Positions 1 through 12,300 are shown, numbered from the whole stretch's first letter. The stretch is 63,488 nt of DNA, filler included, from Octopus bimaculoides (GCF_001194135.2; 3 parts of 3 records of this genome joined end to end with filler, not necessarily neighbours in it); one strand, 5' to 3'. Translations and numbers: made by a program. The notes: generated by a model not told the origin, from the sequence alone.

Positions 1-194
1 CTTTTCTATGAAGAACATATATTTTTATAACGAACCGAAATAAATTTTAATCGCTCGAAATTTTGACCGCAATGAGAAGAAAGTTCATTAACGTTAATGA
101 GAATTACTTTCAAAAGAAAAAGGAAAAAACTTCAGTTAACCAAATATTAAAGGAAATTTATGTGTATGTGTATGTGCTGTCTGCGTTAGTGATG

Positions 195-395
195 CGTGTC
201 TCCCATCACCGCTTGGACAACCGTTGTTGGTTGGTTTACGCCCTTGTAATATAACAGCTCGACAAAAGAGAATAATACAATAAGTACCAGACTTTAAAAC
301 TAAGTACTGGGATCGATTTGTTCAACTAAACCCTTCAAGGTGCTGCCCCAGCATTGCCGCAGTCCAATTACTGAAACAAGTAAAGATAAAAGATA
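195..395 (+). mobile_element. SINE family A, 3' half
   Basis: Matches the 3' module repeated throughout the window (accgcttg.acaacc ... aataagtacc ... gggatcgatttg ... gccccagcat.gccgcagtc ... actgaaacaagtaaagataaaag). Confidence 0.75.
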
Positions 396-644
396 CAGAA
401 ATATCATGGGATAGTTATGTGTATGTATATGTAATTAGAAATATTGAGGGGAAGTTACACACATATGTTGTATATGTGTGTGCATATGTATGTATGTGTG
501 TATGTATGTATGCATGTATGTATGTATGTATGTATGTATGTATGTATACACAAATACTAAGGAAAAGTTATCTGTGTATGCAGAAATCTTTAGTGAAAAT
601 TATGTGTATGTATGCATATAAAAACTACTCAGAAGTGTGTGCAT

Positions 645-1109
645 CCATCAGTTTGGTTGAGGGTCGCCTCGAACTCATTTGGTGTGTCTACATGTCCTTA
701 TCTCCAGCGAGAAATTTTCTCCGTGACAAAATGCAGTGAATGATTTTCTTAAAGGTTCGAATATGCCTGAAGCATATTCGAACTGGTAGCAAGTTTATAT
801 TTATGCACATCACTGCTTAGCGCTTCTATTCTATATTTTATTAAGGCCGATCTGCCGATTAACCCAAACAATCCCAGTACGCTGATTGCAATAAGATAAC
901 AGATGTATTTCAAGTCAGTTCATAGCGCATCCCGCTTCTAATGTCTGATGTTGAAGAGGAGATAACTACTCCGAAATGCATGTGTCCAACAGTTGGCTGG
1001 AAGGCGTTCCGAACTGATTTGGTATTTTTACACCTGTTTTACTACAGTGAGAAATTTCTCCATGGCAAAATACAGTGAATGGCTTTTGTTACAGGTTCGA
1101 ACTGGTAAC

Positions 1110-1110
<1 letters not shown>
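645..1110. mobile_element. Diverged tandem direct repeat (about 654-790 vs 992-1110) with hammerhead-like motif between copies; Penelope-like LTR remnant
   Basis: Both copies share cgaact.atttgg ... gagaaatt(t)tctcc.tg.caaaat.cagtgaatg ... ggttcgaactggta; TTGAAGA-GGAG..CTCC-GAAATGCAT at 951-981. Confidence 0.45.
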
Positions 1111-1203
<93 letters not shown>

Positions 1204-1648
1204 ATGCGTGCGTGCATCTGTGTGTGTGTGTGTAACAAGAAAGTAAAAGTGATTTCTTTGTGAGGGAGGACGGGTCGAAATATTCATCAAATCGGAAACC
1301 TAGCGAAAAATCTTTTAAAATGGACTCTACTAAAGACAAACAAGTTCTATGTGGGGGCGTTGAACCAGGCGGTGGATTATGTCTAGCAACCAAGAACAGC
1401 AACAATATTCCCAACGAGCGTTCAGAGTGCATTTGCGTTATCGTATATTTGTATGTGTATGTAATTTCATTCAGAAGCGCTTTGATCAACCCAAGGTTAT
1501 GGTAGAAGACATTTGCCCAAATACCGCTCAGTGCAATTAAATCGGGTGATTGAATCTGAAACCAGAGAGCTGCGATACCAACCTTTTCATCACCATCGAT
1601 ATATTTATATTTACACACACACACACACACACAAACACACACAAACAC

Positions 1649-1723
<75 letters not shown>

Positions 1724-1846
1724 AACACAAACACACACGCACACATATATATACACATATATACATATATACATATATACACATACACACACATATATTC
1801 ATATATATATATACATACACACAAACATATACATACATACATATAA

Positions 1847-1883
<37 letters not shown>

Positions 1884-2701
1884 AATACACATATACATAT
1901 AAACATATAAACATATATACATACATATAAACATATATATACACACATATATATATATACAAACATATATATACACACACATATATATACACACCTATAT
2001 ACATATCTACACACCTATAAACATATATACACACCTATATACACATACACATTAATACAAACCTACATACACATGTTTACATTCATACGCATACGTCCAT
2101 CTTTGTATAAAAATACAGACCGTTGCATATTTACATACTCATACTTCCATACGCTAATACAGGAACATACATTCAAATATACACACACACATACTTACAC
2201 ATATACACATATGTGCATACATAAACATACGTACTAACATATACACACAGTGACGAATACATAAACAGTTGCCTACACACATACAAACATGCACATATTC
2301 ACATCTACATACACATATACACATACTCACACATATATATGTATACGTACACACAAATGCACATATAAATACACGTATACATACGTACTTAGATATATTC
2401 ATACTCACAAATACATAAATTGTTATACACACATAAAAACACATATATAAATATATACATACATACGTACATACATATATACATGAACAAACTGTTACGT
2501 TGATGTAAATACAGTTCATTGTTTCTGATATTTAATTAAAAATTTGTCACTATCCGAAAATAATTGAATTACGCTTAATGCTTTCCACGACATAATGTGT
2601 AGAGAAGTATAATACAGGGGGTGGGGACGAGTATACATGTTTGCGCGCGCGTGTATATATGTATTTACATATATATATATATANNNNNNNNNNATATATA
2701 C

Positions 2702-2732
<31 letters not shown>

Positions 2733-2930
2733 AATATATATATACACACACACACACACACACGCACGCACATATTAATACACTCGTGCAGATATATGTG
2801 TGTATGTGCGTGTGTGTTTGTGCCTCTCTGTGTCTGTGCATGTGTGCGCGCCCGCGCGTATGTATGTGTGTCTGTGTTTCAGTTCCTGCTTGTGCACGTG
2901 TGTGTGTGTGTGTGTGCGAGTGCGCGCTGA
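1111..2930. repeat. Compound (TG/CA/TA/TACA)n microsatellite field
   Basis: Directly visible; source of the HT/CV/YI ORFs. Confidence 0.95.
1445..1590 (-). mobile_element. SINE family A, degenerate 5' half
   Basis: tggtagaagacatttgcccaaa matches reverse complement of ttgggcaagtgtcttctacta. Confidence 0.5.
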
Positions 2931-3073
2931 CGATTTACCAGAGCTGTTAGAGCACTAGATAAATTCCTTTGCAGCATTCGTTCCGGATATCAATGTTCTG
3001 AGTTCAAATAACCATGGGGTCAACTCTTCTCTCTCACACACAGTCTCCTTTCCTTTTCCCTTTCTTTCTCTTT

Positions 3074-3107
<34 letters not shown>

Positions 3108-3839
3108 NNNNNNNNNNNNNNNNNNNNNNNNNNNNNNNNNNNNNNNNNNNNNNNNNNNNNNNNNNNNNNNNNNNNNNNNNNNNNNNNNNNNNNNNNNNNN
3201 NNNNNNNNNNNNNNNNNNNNNNNNNNNNNNNNNNNNNNNNNNNNNNNNNNNNNNNNNNNNNNNNNNNNNNNNNNNNNNNNNNNNNNNNNNNNNNNNNNNN
3301 NNNNNNNNNNNNNNNNNNNNNNNNNNNNNNNNNNNNNNNNNNNNNNNNNNNNNNNNNNNNNNNNNNNNNNNNNNNNNNNNNNNNNNNNNNNNNNNNNNNN
3401 NNNNNNNNNNNNNNNNNNNNNNNNNNNNNNNNNNNNNNNNNNNNNNNNNNNNNNNNNNNNNNNNNNNNNNNNNNNNNNNNNNNNNNNNNNNNNNNNNNNN
3501 NNNNNNNNNNNNNNNNNNNNNNNNNNNNNNNNNNNNNNNNNNNNNNNNNNNNNNNNNNNNNNNNNNNNNNNNNNNNNNNNNNNNNNNNNNNNNNNNNNNN
3601 NNNNNNNNNNNNNNNNNNNNNNNNNNNNNNNNNNNNNNNNNNNNNNNNNNNNNNNNNNNNNNNNNNNNNNNNNNNNNNNNNNNNNNNNNNNNNNNNNNNN
3701 NNNNNNNNNNNNNNNNNNNNNNNNNNNNNNNNNNNNNNNNNNNNNNNNNNNNNNNNNNNNNNNNNNNNNNNNNNNNNNATATATATATATATAAACAAAC
3801 GAGCAATAAAACTAAGAATAACAAGCAACAAGTGGACAT

Positions 3840-3945
3840 GCACAATGAATGTATTAGTTTGACGCTCAATAAAAAGAGGGAGTTTTGACGTTTCGAGCAT
3901 AGGTCTTCGTCGGAAAGTAGAAAGGAATAAGTTCAAAGAAGGAAA
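3840..3945 (-). mobile_element. Short interspersed repeat with hammerhead-like core (same family as 7430 and 10345)
   Basis: Minus strand tttCCGACGAagacctatgctcGAAACGTCaaaa...gagcgtcaaactaatac. Confidence 0.5.
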
Positions 3946-4036
3946 AGAAATTGCCAACAACACGTGTGTAGTTACATGCTTATATATATCGAGACATGTA
4001 TGTTCGAATATACATATATACAATCATACATATAAA

Positions 4037-4037
4037 C

Positions 4038-4071
<34 letters not shown>

Positions 4072-4089
4072 GTAGACAGACAGACAGAC

Positions 4090-4155
<66 letters not shown>
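4037..4155. repeat. (AGAT)n/(AGAC)n microsatellite
   Basis: Directly visible. Confidence 0.95.
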
Positions 4156-4505
4156 GCTTTACTGCGATTAAGAAACTTGATTTACTATCACGTGGTTTTG
4201 AATTCAGTCCTACTGCCCGGCTCTTTAGACAAGTGTCCTCTACTTTCGCCCTGACCTTTTGAGTGAATTTGCTTGACGAAAACAGTGTGGTTGTCCATCA
4301 TGTGTGTGTGTGTGTGTGTGCGTGCGTGCACACGTGTGTTTACATGTATGATTGTGTCTGTCTCCTACCATCGCTTCACAACAGGTTCTGTAACTTAAAG
4401 GTTCGAAAAAGCACCAGATTTAATATATGAACTGGGGAAGATTTGTTCAAGCGGTGCCCCAGTATAGCCGCAGTAGAATGACTGAAACAAGTAAAAGCGT
4501 AAAAG
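4156..4505 (+). mobile_element. SINE family A, old near-full copy
   Basis: Degenerate head (aattcagtcctactgc), central (TG)n, tail gcggtgccccagtatagccgcagt..actgaaacaagtaaaag. Confidence 0.65.
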
Positions 4506-5651
4506 AATATATCGTCGTGTCTTTGCATTCGTTGTATCTTCCTGTATGAAAGAGCTGTTTCCTATCTAGGAAACTAATCTCTGTGACAGATATTTAAGTC
4601 TTGTTTAATTTTTAGAAAGATCTGGCATGTTTGTTACTGTTGCACTTACAGACTGAATTTGCAAAACACCAATAATATTGTAATTACTTTACCTGAAACC
4701 CCAAGCTTTTCCACACAATTATTTCAATGTCTAGTATCTTAAGGGGCGCCAAAGATTAATTAGATACAAATACAAATGTATAAACTGAATAGGTTTCGAT
4801 GCAGTTCAACCGTAATTGTTCTCTTATTAATTTTGATAGAAATTTCACGGTGTGGTTAGAACTTTGTTTCCCCAGCACGTTACCTTGGGCAAGTGTCTTC
4901 TACTATAGCCCCCAGTCGACCGGCCCACCGTATATATATATATATATATATATNNNNNNNNNNNNNNNNNNNNNNNNNNNNNNNNNNNNNNNNNNNNNNN
5001 NNNNNNNNNNNNNNNNNNNNNNNNNNNNNNNNNNNNNNNNNNNNNNNNNNNNNNNNNNNNNNNNNNNNNNNNNNNNNNNNNNNNNNNNNNNNNNNNNNNN
5101 NNNNNNNNNNNNNNNNNNNNNNNNNNNNNNNNNNNNNNNNNNNNNNNNNNNNNNNNNNNNNNNNNNNNNNNNNNNNNNNNNNNNNNNNNNNNNNNNNNNN
5201 NNNNNNNNNNNNNNNNNNNNNNNNNNNNNNNNNNNNNNNNNNNNNNNNNNNNNNNNNNNNNNNNNNNNNNNNNNNNNNNNNNNNNNNNNNNNNNNNNNNN
5301 NNNNNNNNNNNNNNNNNNNNNNNNNNNNNNNNNNNNNNNNNNNNNNNNNNNNNNNNNNNNNNNNNNNNNNNNNNNNNNNNNNNNNNNNNNNNNNNNNNNN
5401 NNNNNNNNNNNNNNNNNNNNNNNNNNNNNNNNNNNNNNNNNNNNNNNNNNNNNNNNNNNNNNNNNNNNNNNNNNNNNNNNNNNNNNNNNNNNNNNNNNNN
5501 NNNNNNNNNNNNNNNNNNNNNNNNNNNNNNNNNNNNNNNNNNNNNNNNNNNNNNNNNNNNNNNNNNNNNNNNNNNNNNNNNNNNNNNNNNNNNNNNNNNN
5601 NNNNNNNNNNNNNNNNNNNNNNNNNNNNNNNNNNNNNNNNNNNNNNNNNNN

Positions 5652-5689
<38 letters not shown>

Positions 5690-6030
5690 TCTCTCTTTCT
5701 CTACGATTTGTTACGTTAAAAAAACAGGCGCAATCACTGAACGAGTTAACTGAAAACGATTAAAACATATATTTGTGCGCATGCACATGTATGTATGTGT
5801 ATGTGTGTATGTATGTATGTATGTGTGTGTGTATGTATGTGTGTGTGTATGTGTGCATGTATAAATGTATGCATGTGTGTGTGTGTGAGAAAATGTGAGA
5901 ATTTGTATAGTTCCTTGACCTGCTGGAAATAATAGCCAAATCTCTTTCAATGTCATACGCTAACATTATATAAACAAGAAGACACATTGGATAAGATGGA
6001 AAAAATACACGCGCATACATGCACATTTGT

Positions 6031-6100
6031 ATTCCCTATAAAAGAACTTTCTACTTTTCTCACCCATTCCCTATAAAAAAACTTCCTATTTTTCTCACCC
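6031..6100. repeat. 35-bp tandem duplication
   Basis: attccctataaaa..act..cta.ttttctcaccc twice, plus a degenerate third copy. Confidence 0.7.
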
Positions 6101-6124
6101 ATTTTTCTTATCTTTTATACTTTT

Positions 6125-6163
<39 letters not shown>

Positions 6164-6384
6164 CATGACCCGATGACCCGGAAGTTGCTGCCCTTCCATG
6201 ACTTTTGCAAACAGCAGTAACTTTCTCCAGCTGAATACACATCATTCATTGATTAAAATTACCCAAATACAACTTTAACACGGAATAACTTCTAAAATAC
6301 AAAATTTTGTCAAAAACGTTAAGAGTAAACCGTGTTCTACGTGGTACATTCTTCCAGTATGCGAAGATTGAATAGATCCATATA

Positions 6385-6610
6385 TATATCTTTTATCTTT
6401 TACTTCTTTCAGTCACTAGATTGCGGCCATGCTGGGACACCCCCTTGAATTTTTCTTAGTCGAATGAATCGACCCCAGTACTTCTTTTTTAAGTCTAGTA
6501 TTAATTCCATAGGTATCTTTTGCCGAACCACTAAGTTACGGAGACACAAATACACCAACACCGGTTGTCATGTGGTAGTAGGTGGACAAACACAAAGACA
6601 CACGCACATG
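6385..6610 (-). mobile_element. SINE family A, 3' half
   Basis: cttttact..tttcagtca...gcggccatgctgg...tcgaccccagtac...tttgccgaacc.ctaagttacgg. Confidence 0.8.
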
Positions 6611-6612
6611 GA

Positions 6613-6659
<47 letters not shown>

Positions 6660-6675
6660 NNNNNNNNNNACATAC

Positions 6676-6718
<43 letters not shown>

Positions 6719-6922
6719 CTTGTAAGTATACATCTAATTCTTTGCGACTTTCTTCTTTCTTTCCTATTTTCTTTTTCTCGGACCCACTCTCTCTCACTTT
6801 CTTTCCATTTTTCTTTTTCTCGCTCCCCCACTCTCAAATTTCTTGACATTCTCTTTCTTTAACCCCTCTACTTTCCTCTTATCTCCCTTGTACCTTTCCC
6901 TCTCTCTCTCTCTGTCTCTCTC

Positions 6923-6972
<50 letters not shown>

Positions 6973-7429
6973 TCTCTCTAGTTCCTTCCCTAATTCTTCA
7001 ATCCCTCTGCTCTCTACCTCTCTCTTTTCNNNNNNNNNNNNNNNNNNNNNNNNNNNNNNNNNNNNNNNNNNNNNNNNNNNNNNNNNNNNNNNNNNNNNNN
7101 NNNNNNNNNNNNNNNNNNNNNNNNNNNNNNNNNNNNNNNNNNNNNNNNNNNNNNNNNNNNNNNNNNNNNNNNNNNNNNNNNNNNNNNNNNNNNNNNNNNN
7201 NNNNNNNNNNNNNNNNNNNNNNNNNNNNNNNNNNNNNNNNNNNNNNNNNNNNNNNNNNNNNNNNNNNNNNNNNNNNNNNNNNNNNNNNNNNNNNNNNNNN
7301 NNNNNNNNNNNNNNNNNNNNNNNNNNNNNNNNNNNNNNNNNNNNNNNNNNNNNNNNNNNNNNNNNNNNNNNNNATATATATATATATATATAGTTTTAAA
7401 AAAACACAAAAAAACAATAACAAAAAAAC

Positions 7430-7530
7430 AACAAAGTGAGGACGTGATACGGATAGTGTTATTGGACGCTCGGGAAAGGAAGGAGAGAGAGTATGACGTT
7501 TCGGGCGGAGCCCTTCGTCGGAAAGACAGA
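7430..7530 (-). mobile_element. Hammerhead-like short repeat
   Basis: Minus strand ctttCCGACGA-A-GGGC-tcc-GCCC-GAAACGTC...gagcgtccaataacac. Confidence 0.55.
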
Positions 7531-7593
7531 AAGTTCGGAGAATGGAAAAACGGAGGAAGAGGAAAATGGCACCGATACCCGCGTGTGTGTGTA

Positions 7594-7726
7594 AGGATCT
7601 TTCTGATTTGGCTGGCGCCACTTTTGATTTATGTTTTATTTAGTGCGTTTTCTACCGAAACACACTTTCAAATTTCGTATACTTATATGTTATAGAACGT
7701 GGCGCCCACCAAATCAGAAAGATCCT
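7594..7726. mobile_element. MITE with ~28-bp terminal inverted repeats
   Basis: aggatctttctgatttggctggcgccac ... gtggcgcccaccaaatcagaaagatcct, AT-rich spacer. Confidence 0.7.
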
Positions 7727-7885
7727 GTGTTTGTCCTTCATCTACCGCTTGACAACCGCTGTTGGTTGTTTACGTCGCAGCTCGGTAAAAGAGACCGATA
7801 GAATAAGTACCAGGCTTTAAAAAATGCACTGGGATCGATTCATTCGACTAAAAAATTTTCGAGTTATGGCCGCAGTGTAATGATA
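7727..7885 (+). mobile_element. SINE family A, 3' half
   Basis: accgcttgacaacc...aaaagagaccgatagaataagtaccaggc...gggatcgattcattcgactaaa. Confidence 0.7.
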
Positions 7886-8755
7886 ACATATTATGCTATC
7901 AAAAAGATAACACAATATGTTTGTGTTTTATAGTTCCAAAATAACAGTATCATGTCGGTTGGGATTTATTACATTGCTGCTTATATATTTAGGTTCCGCC
8001 AATTTTCATGATTTGTCAGTCTCATATCTATTCATTATTTTTCCTTCCTTATTTTATTCAACATTTTACAACACGCCTTTTGGAAATTTCTTACTCCAAC
8101 AAAATGCTATACGACAAAGTCGTATTTCAAGAGCACTCAATTTTGGCTTTACCTATCTAGCCTACACTTGTAACCGAAGCTGTATGAATGTATGTGTATA
8201 AGTGAGTATGTATGCATCTGTAATTGTGAATACATACATACATACACTGCTTAAATACCAATATTGAGAAATTAGGCTTCTCAAAACCAGAAAGGAGAAA
8301 GCTAATTCGAAGACTACAGATCCAAACCATCACTGGAATTGTGAAAATCTGTAAAACTTTCCAGAAGTTTATCATTTAAATATACATGAGCATGTCTAGA
8401 TATGTAACTATATGCATGAGAATACATGCATAAAACATACAAATCTGCACGTACATACATACATACGCACATATATACGTACATACGTACATACATACAT
8501 ACATACATACATACATACATACATACATACATACGTGTGCGTATGCATATACATGAAGGATCAAAAGTCATGCAGCAAAACATTTGACAATTTATTTATA
8601 TTACGTTATTCTTATTATCATTCTTTTTGTTCATTATGTATAAGAACGTGAGTTGTCATCATTATTTATTTTATTCTATTTTAGAAAAATTGAAGCATGT
8701 CTTTGACAATTCCGGAGCGTATTGAACTTATTTTGTGCGTGACTTTTGGTCCACC

Positions 8756-8793
<38 letters not shown>

Positions 8794-8894
8794 NNNNNNN
8801 NNNNNNNNNNNNNNNNNNNNNNNNNNNNNNNNNNNNNNNNNNNNNNNNNNNNNNNNNNNNNNNNNNNNNNNNNNNNNNNNNNNNNNNNNNNNNN

Positions 8895-8928
<34 letters not shown>

Positions 8929-9199
8929 AAAAGGAAAGAAAGGAGCACATTATCGTATCAAATGCACACGTTTGTTATATGCGCATATATATATATGTGT
9001 GTGTTGTAATGATTACATACGAAGAATGTGTGTGTACGTGCTCCCATGCACAGTACAAGAATACTCTAGAAATGTGTGCGAACCCTTTATTCGCAGCACT
9101 TCCATTCTTTTACTTGTTTCAATCACTGAGTCAGCGACGAAAAAGTCAACTCGATCAAATTTGTGTCTGTACTTCTTTTAACGTGTTGTACTTATTCTA

Positions 9200-9335
9200 T
9201 CGGCGCCTTTTCACTCACAAGATATTGGTTGGCATGGACTATGGTAGAGTACACTTTCCCAAAGTACCGCACCGTAGAACTAAACCTAAAATCATATAGT
9301 TACAAACCGAACGCCTTAACCATACAGTCATGCCT
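9200..9335 (-). mobile_element. SINE family A, degenerate 5' half
   Basis: cactcacaagat.ttggttggc...ctatggtagagtacactttcccaaagt. Confidence 0.55.
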
Positions 9336-10061
9336 GCGATTCGCTATATTTGATTTCGTTTCTGAATTTCTAATTCCTTCAGGGTAAGAATCGAAATACG
9401 AAACAAAGTAACGATATCTTTCTTAATTTTTTTTTCTAATTCCTGATGGGAATGCTGTTGTTATTAAAATTCTTCATTTAAAAACAAAAACTCACATATC
9501 TTCAAAAAGTTCGTACGTGCAGTTTCAAATATCTCGCAATATAAAAAACAATTCATTCTTTCATTGTTTTTCGAGCAAATTTGCATATATTGATATCATA
9601 TATGCTTAATGTTCTCTTCCAATATCTTTAACAAAAACAGGGAACGGTTTGTATTTCACATATTATATCTAAACAGTATATATTGATTGATACAAACATT
9701 CGGTTGGAGTATTCAATATAAAACAAACATTAAAAATGTTCGATCATAGAGCATAATTCTTGAATATTTTAGAAATTTAATTCAAACGCAAGATTGAAAA
9801 TAATCGACTGCTCCCTCTTTTTCTATGCAGATACTGTATATACAGACAAGATGAGGTGTTTTAATTTTATCTATTTACACACTGTAGACTAAAAGCTACA
9901 GATATATGTTGTTGCATAGTATGACATTGAAGCAATGTTCCAAGAATCCATTAAGAATGCCAACCAGTCCATCTGGTTTATTTACACCCGCATAATAGTG
10001 GATTTATAAGCAGTGCCATTATGTACTATTAAAACGGGTACTTAGTCATTGATTAGTTCCT

Positions 10062-10730
10062 ACAGTGTTGGTTGCGCAGGTGTGGTTGTGTGATAAGAAG
10101 CCTGCTTCCCAACCACATTGTACCAGGTTCAGTCCCACTGCGTGGTACCTTCAGTCAGCGTTTTCTACTATAGCCCCGGCCGACCATAGCCTTGTGAATG
10201 TATTTGGCAGACGAAAACTGAAAGAAGTTTGTCGTGTGTGTGTGTGTATATATATATATGTGTGCGTGTGTGTGTGTGTGTATTTATTTGTTTGTTTGTT
10301 TGTGGAACCATTAATTCCGACACATTTTCTCTCTCTCACTCTCTCCTCTCATTCTTTTCATATCATCCCTTTCTGTCGAAGAGCGTAGGCTCGAAACGTC
10401 AAAGACTTTTCCATTCCTACCTAGCGTCATACTAATACACCTGCTTTTTATTCCCTCACCTCTCTATATCTTATGTTTTCTGTACATTTGAACCATATAT
10501 ATACATGTACATATCTATGCGTGTGTCTTTGTGTCTGTGTTTGTTCCTCACCACCGCTTGACAATTGGTGTTGGTGAGTTTACGTTCCCGTAACTTAGCG
10601 TTTCATCAAAGGAGACAGATAGAATAAGTAACAGGCCCTAATTAGTCCTGGGGTCGATTTGCTTGACTAAATCTCTTCAAGGCGGTGCCCCACATGGCCG
10701 AAGTCAAGTGACTGAAACAAGTAAGAGACA
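10062..10730 (+). mobile_element. SINE family A, interrupted in its central microsatellite by an insert of roughly 200 bp
   Basis: 5' module 10062-10250 and 3' module 10520-10730 both match the family. Confidence 0.75.
10345..10480 (+). mobile_element. Hammerhead-like short repeat nested in SINE A
   Basis: ctttCTGTCGA-A-GAGC-gtag-GCTC-GAAACGTC-aaag. Confidence 0.55.
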
Positions 10731-10833
10731 ATAGAAAAATATTTTGAAATAAATTGTAACTCTAAAATAAAATACTGCTAACGCATCGTACTTAATTCAT
10801 TAAATATAACATACATCATTAAAATAATATTTG

Positions 10834-11043
10834 TGGCTGTGTGGTAAGTAGCTTGCTTACCAACCACATGGTTCCGGGTTGAGTCCCACTGCGTGGAACC
10901 TTGGGCAAGTGTCTTCTACTAAAGCCTCGGGCCGACCAAAGCCTTGTGAGTGGATTTGGTAGACGGAAACTGAAAGAAACCCGTCGTATATNNNNNNNNN
11001 NTGTGAGTGGATTTGGTAGACGGAAACTGAAAGAAACCCGTCG

Positions 11044-11074
<31 letters not shown>

Positions 11075-11292
11075 GTATGTTTGTGTGTTTGTGTTTGTCC
11101 CCCCACCATTGCTTGACAACCGATGCTGGTGTGTTTATGTCCCCGTAACTTAGCGGTTCGGCTAAAGAACTGATAGAATAAGTATTAGGCTTATAAAGAA
11201 TAAGTCCTGGGGTCGATTAGCTCGACTAAAAAAAGGCAGTGCTCCAGCATGGCCACAGTCAAATGACTGAAACAAGTAAAAGAGTAAAGAGT
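10834..11292 (+). mobile_element. SINE family A, full length (with 10-N gap overlap)
   Basis: A-box-like tggctgtgtgg, B-box-like ggttgagtcc, central microsatellite, tail gtaaaagagtaaagag. Confidence 0.9.
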
Positions 11293-11344
11293 ATATATTT
11301 ATGTACCTATATAGTTCTGTACATTACGCAATTTCATATAACTA

Positions 11345-11561
11345 CGAGGGGCTGCTGAAAAGTTCCTGGCTTTAGGTAAAAGAAAATACAAGGGGATCAG
11401 TTAATTAGTATTCTATTCAACATATTCCCTTCTCAAATTTACACACTTATTATAGCGGACCTTCAATTTTTCGAAGCACTGTAAAAGAACTTGGAAGGTT
11501 GGGCCTCCAACCAGACCTTTCGCGACACCTTTAAAGCCAGGAACTTTTCAGCACCCTCTCG
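11345..11561. mobile_element. Tc1/mariner-type MITE
   Basis: ~30-bp TIRs cgagggg..gctgaaaagttcctggcttta / taaagccaggaacttttcagcaccctctcg flanked by TA on both sides. Confidence 0.85.
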
Positions 11562-12189
11562 TAAATGCAACAGTCAGTAGTGTCATCGGGTACGGCGATT
11601 GTCCAGAATATAATGTGTACGAAATTGAACTCACAACGAATGGTTTCCTGTCTCTGCTTGACGAATATTTATTTATTTATTTTATCACCAAATAAATGCT
11701 GAAAAGCGAAGTCGATCTCGGCGGGATTTGAACTCAGCTACTACGTCACTAAGTACCAATAGACACTATGTCCAAAACACTACTAATACTGACACTCGCC
11801 ACCCTGAACGTAAAAAAAAAAATGTTGAAATTCCACATACTAATTTCTTTTTTCTTTTATTTGTTTTGTTTGGGTTTTTTCGCTTTTTTTTTCTAAGAAT
11901 ATTGTTTTATTTCAGTCTCACAATAAAAACAGATGTTTTCTAGTAATTAGTTATTTTGGCATCATTAACAAGCATATCAACAACATAAGTATTCTTAGTG
12001 TTTGATTTACCACATTTTGGGGAACCATCTGTATTTCCGAAAGAAAACAAAATAAAGTGGTTGAATATTCTTGTCTACATACCTTACCATCCTTTTCTTT
12101 TTAGGTCATTTCACAGAGCTTTATTATCCTTGTCTAGCGGTGTAGGTGATTCTCAGATATTATTGCTAGCCAATATTTGATCGCCAACG

Positions 12190-12300
12190 GTGTTGGATTA
12201 GCAAACTGGTTGAGAGCGGAACTGTTAAGTGTTACATCTCTTTGATTTCGAGTTCAAATCTTGCCGAGGCCAACGTTGCCTTCCTTCCTTGTGGATCGTC
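12190..12300 (+). mobile_element. SINE family B fragment
   Basis: gagttcaaatcttgccgaggccaacgttgcctt resembles gagttcaaattccaccgaggtcgactttgc of the 57794 copy. Confidence 0.5.

Noticed and set aside
419-3000. Long ORFs rich in CV, HT, YI, MY
   Set aside because: Translations of dinucleotide and tetranucleotide microsatellites
2955-7621. 200-330 aa ORFs containing X runs (also at 21.2, 30.4-31.1, 35.5, 39.0-40.1 and 53.3 kb)
   Set aside because: Open only because they cross N gaps
10834-10900. tRNA-like A/B boxes
   Set aside because: Head of a multi-copy SINE; no complete cloverleaf. Same for other SINE heads
10945-11045. Apparent tandem duplications around 10-N gaps (also 29106-29254 and 56467-56735)
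   Set aside because: Identical sequence either side of a 10-N gap is unmerged contig overlap, not biology
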